Shown: positions 61,181-64,000 of the stretch, in pieces | Position numbering within the stretch: position 1 is the first letter of the stretch | Layout of the letters: each line of letters begins with the position of its first letter | Assembly (NCBI GenBank): GCA_963716725.1 | Contig: CAVQUB010000013.1 | Location: 408,426-472,425, forward strand | Direction of reading: 5' to 3' | DNA length: 64,000 nucleotides | Origin: an uncultured delta proteobacterium | GTDB lineage: Bacteria > Myxococcota_A > Polyangia > Polyangiales > Polyangiaceae | Position numbers and translations under genes: made by a program | The notes under the pieces: generated by a model | Seen by the model: the letters and a program-made list of their open reading frames with translations, nothing else | Database searches by the model: none | What the model was told of the DNA's origin: nothing

Positions 61181-61527
61181 GTCGCCCCCTCGTCTTCGGA
61201 CTTCGCCGGGCGTTCGACCACGCGCGCCAGCACTTCTTTGAATGAACCGCCCACGGGCTCACCGACGAACGCACGATCGGGATCCGAGATCTCGCCGAGC
61301 TTGGCGAGCCCCGTCTCGCTCCCGCCGATCACGAAGACCTTCTCGCCGACCCGCACCAGGTAGATGACGCGCCGGCCCTCCAGCGGAAGGCGCCCGACCA
61401 AGGAGATCGGCCCGGCAGACTTGCCCACGCCGAGCCGCCGCGCGCCGTAGAGCACGAGCACCGCCAACGCGATCACCGCCAGCAGCGTGACCACGGTCTC
61501 GATCACGTATTTCGTGAGCGGGCTCAT
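61177..61527 (-). CDS. fliO: FliO-like protein
   Basis: Single TM followed by RLPLEGRRVIYLVRVGEKVFVIG; GTGA overlap with fliP/sctR. Confidence 0.8.
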   Translation of the reverse strand: MSPLTKYVIETVVTLLAVIALAVLVLYGARRLGVGKSAGPISLVGRLPLEGRRVIYLVRVGEKVFVIGGSETGLAKLGEISDPDRAFVGEPVGGSFKEVLARVVERPAKSEDEGAT

Positions 61528-61760
61528 CCCCAGGGCGCGGAGGGTACACGGAATCGTCCGGCTGCCCAGCACTGCGCCACTTGCCCAGGCCGCGCTCGGG
61601 AAAAGCTCGGGGATCCACGGGCGCCGTGGCTGGGGACAAAGCGGCCCAGCCGACCCGCAACCGACGAGGATCCACGAAAGCCGAGCCCCGGGCCGGCGCC
61701 GCGCGCTATGCTCCGGTGGTCGGTGGCGGCGAGCGGGCGTCGCCGCCAAAGGAGCTGGCC

Positions 61761-63720
61761 ATGAGCGTGCAGAAGACTCTGTCGTTGGCGATGGCGCTCG
61801 GCGCCCTCACGTCTGCGGGAGCGGCCGGAGCGGCCACAGGCCTGTGCGACAGCAACCCACCAACCTCGTCGCAGGCCTGCATCAACGCCATCCAGAGCGC
61901 GGGAGGCGTGGTCAACGACATCTTCAAAGACAAGAACGGGCTGACCGGTCCTCAGCTGCCGCTGTTCGCCAAGTTCTTCAACAATTGGCCTGGCTGCGAC
62001 CAGACGGGCTGGGCGGGTTGCGCCGGAGAGTCCACCGCGCCCTACGACTGTCCCGAAAAGTACGTCTGCAACGCCGCGGTCACGAACACCGTCGCGAACG
62101 CCGCCAAGTACCTCGAGAAGCTCGACCACTTGTGGTGGCACCCGTGCCGTCTGATCGACCACACGTTGACCAACGGCTGCCCGAACCGGGCAATCACGAA
62201 CTGCGTGGCCGACGGTACGACCGGCAGCTACTTCCCGTGGGAAGGCTTGGTGTTCGATCTCGGCGGGCCGTCGAACAAGGTGGCCATCTTCGCCCAAAAC
62301 GATCACGGCCCGCAGCCCTGCGAGTCCGTCGAGTACACGATCTACCTCAGCGACAACCCACTGGCGAAAGACGCCGTGGAGGATCCCGCGACCACCGGCA
62401 CCGATCCGCAGAAGTGGAATCGTGCGGTGCTGCAACAGATCTTCACCCACGGCTGGTTCACGACGCGCCCGCCATCTCCATCGAATCCGACTTGGGCTGC
62501 CTGCGGTGACACCGCGAACTATGCGGTCGAGGACGACTCCTTCGTGCAGGTGCACGGGCTGCCCTGCGGCATCACCTTCCGCTACGCGTCCATCGTCGCC
62601 GGCTACGATGGCAAGGAGTTCCCCTGCCTGCTCGTACCACTCGCAGGAAGGGGAAGTGGACGCGGTCGCCGGCCTGACAGAAGAGGGAAGCGGCGTCTGC
62701 CCCGACGCCGACAAGGACGGCTTCGTCGACTGCAGCTGCCCCGGCGCGACCTTGCCCTGCGACTGCAACGACGCCGACCCGAAGGTCTACCCAGGGGCGC
62801 CGGAGGCTTGCGACTCCGCCGCAGACATGAACTGCGACGGCAATCCCGGCGCCTGCCCCGCCGGACTGATCTGCAACGCCAGCATCTGCGTCCCGGCCTG
62901 CAAGGCCGGTGAGATCGGAATTTGCCCAGTCGGATCGACGTGCCAGGCGACCGACGTGGGCTCGATCTGCATCCCGAATGACTGCACCACCGGCGGCTGT
63001 CCTCCCGGCGCGGTGTGTGATCCCGCGACCAAGACCTGCAAGCCCGCCTGCGACGGCGTCGTGTGTCCTCACGCGCAGTCGTGCAAAGACGGAAAGTGTG
63101 TGGACCTGTGCGCGGGCGTGCTGTGTCCGCCGCCCAAGACGTGCTCTCTCGGTGAGTGCAAGGCACCGTGCAACTGCTACGCGGGCGACATCGGTTGCAA
63201 CACCGGAGAGGTCTGCGACAAGTCGGGGAGCAAAGAGTGCGTCCCGCCAGCGTGCCAGGGAAAAACCTGTCAGACGGGGGAGCACTGCGACGCAACCGGC
63301 ACCTGTGTCGGCTTGTGCAGCGGCGTCGCGTGTCCCGCAGGGACAGAAGTGCGACACCACCAAGGGCTGCGTCGACCTGTGCGACGGCGTGAGCTGCGGC
63401 GCAGGTGACGAGTGCGATCCCAAGACGGGGAGCTGCGTGCCTTCGCAGTGCAAGACCTTGTGCATTCCGCCCACGACCTGCGTCGCCGGCCAGTGCGTGG
63501 TGCCGGAGGGCGGTCGGATCGGCTAGGCGGCGCGCTGAACGACGCAGGCAACGACGCTGCTGCGGCCAGCGGCGGCTCGCTCCCCCAGGGTGGCACGACG
63601 ACGCGGGAGACGACGGAGGCTGCGGCTGTCGTGCGCCTGCTTCGGCGCCAGTGTGGCCGGCGCCTTGTTGGCGATGCTCAGCGCCTTCGGCCTGCTCTTC
63701 GGCGTCGGAGTCGCTCTGAC
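61761..63720 (+). CDS. Secreted Cys-rich repeat protein with MopE-like metal-binding repeat and MYXO-CTERM-like tail; several frameshifts
   Basis: AAGGAG RBS, signal peptide, DADKDGF...DCNDADPKVYPGAPEACD..DMNCDG, CxGVxC repeats, GGCGCR plus hydrophobic stretch plus RRRSR; frame changes near 62622, 63340, 63520 and later. Confidence 0.75.
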
Positions 63721-63917
63721 CCCGGGCAGCGCCCGGGCTCGGAGCCGGCGCTCGGCTCTCCGTGGGCTGCGGTGCGGGCAGCCCGATCCGGATCCCCAAG
63801 GGTCGCCGCCACCGCACTCGGTGCGCTGTTGTGTGTTCCAGGGAGCGCTGGGCTTGCTCCCGACGTCCACGCCGACGCCTACGACGCGGCAGCCGAAGCC
63901 GCCGGGGCGGGGCCACA

Positions 63918-64000
63918 TCATACGTCGTCGTGGAAGATGAGCCCGGCCGCCTCGATGCCGTCGCCGCGTTGGTGAACCCGGGGTCGGCGCGGGCGCTTGG
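63918..64000 (-). CDS. 3' end of a gene entering from outside the window
   Basis: KRPRRPRVHQRGDGIEAAGLIFHDDV* with GC-rich third positions. Confidence 0.4.
   Translation of the reverse strand, partial: KRPRRPRVHQRGDGIEAAGLIFHDDV

Noticed and set aside
53507..63720. Frameshifts in DUF4340, gldG-like, gldA-like and Cys-rich genes as phase variation or pseudogenes
   Set aside because: Mostly single-base shifts in short G/C runs within otherwise intact operon genes; sequencing or consensus error is more parsimonious without reads.
63721..63917. Assignment of the hairpin region to 6S RNA, SRP RNA, tRNA or a known riboswitch/ribozyme
   Set aside because: The diagnostic conserved motifs of those families were not found by eye; kept only as an unassigned candidate.

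Overview
High-GC, gene-dense bacterial window. Its content points to a Myxococcota (Polyangiales-like) genome: many lipoproteins with Gly/Thr/Ser linkers, Cys-rich surface proteins, Hanks-type Ser/Thr kinases and a MYXO-CTERM-like tail. About 55 CDS are supported, and no rRNA, tRNA or CRISPR array was seen. Recognisable genes include uppS, pheT (without pheS), a CreB/CreC-like two-component pair, SixA, a rhomboid protease, a Leu/Phe/Val dehydrogenase, two cyclophilins, DedA, a GldA/F/G-like ABC cluster with DUF4340, a pectate lyase and an orphan fliO-fliP/sctR pair. The most unusual items: (1) a complete IS630-type element (39011-40748, CTAG-bounded 22-bp terminal inverted repeats) carrying a GxxExxY nuclease-fold passenger gene that has its own inner inverted repeat; (2) a TetR-led operon with a radical SAM enzyme and an SCP2 lipid-carrier domain fused to a TPP-dependent dehydrogenase E1-alpha; (3) an atypical radical SAM protein with a C-x27-C-x2-C motif facing a second rSAM plus DUF483-like pair; (4) a diverged 129-bp copy of the sensor kinase 3' end; (5) an internally deleted EthA-type monooxygenase; (6) several hairpin-rich intergenic segments. 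Several single-base frameshifts, many in G/C runs, suggest consensus errors in the assembly. All family assignments come from motif recognition by eye, not database searches.
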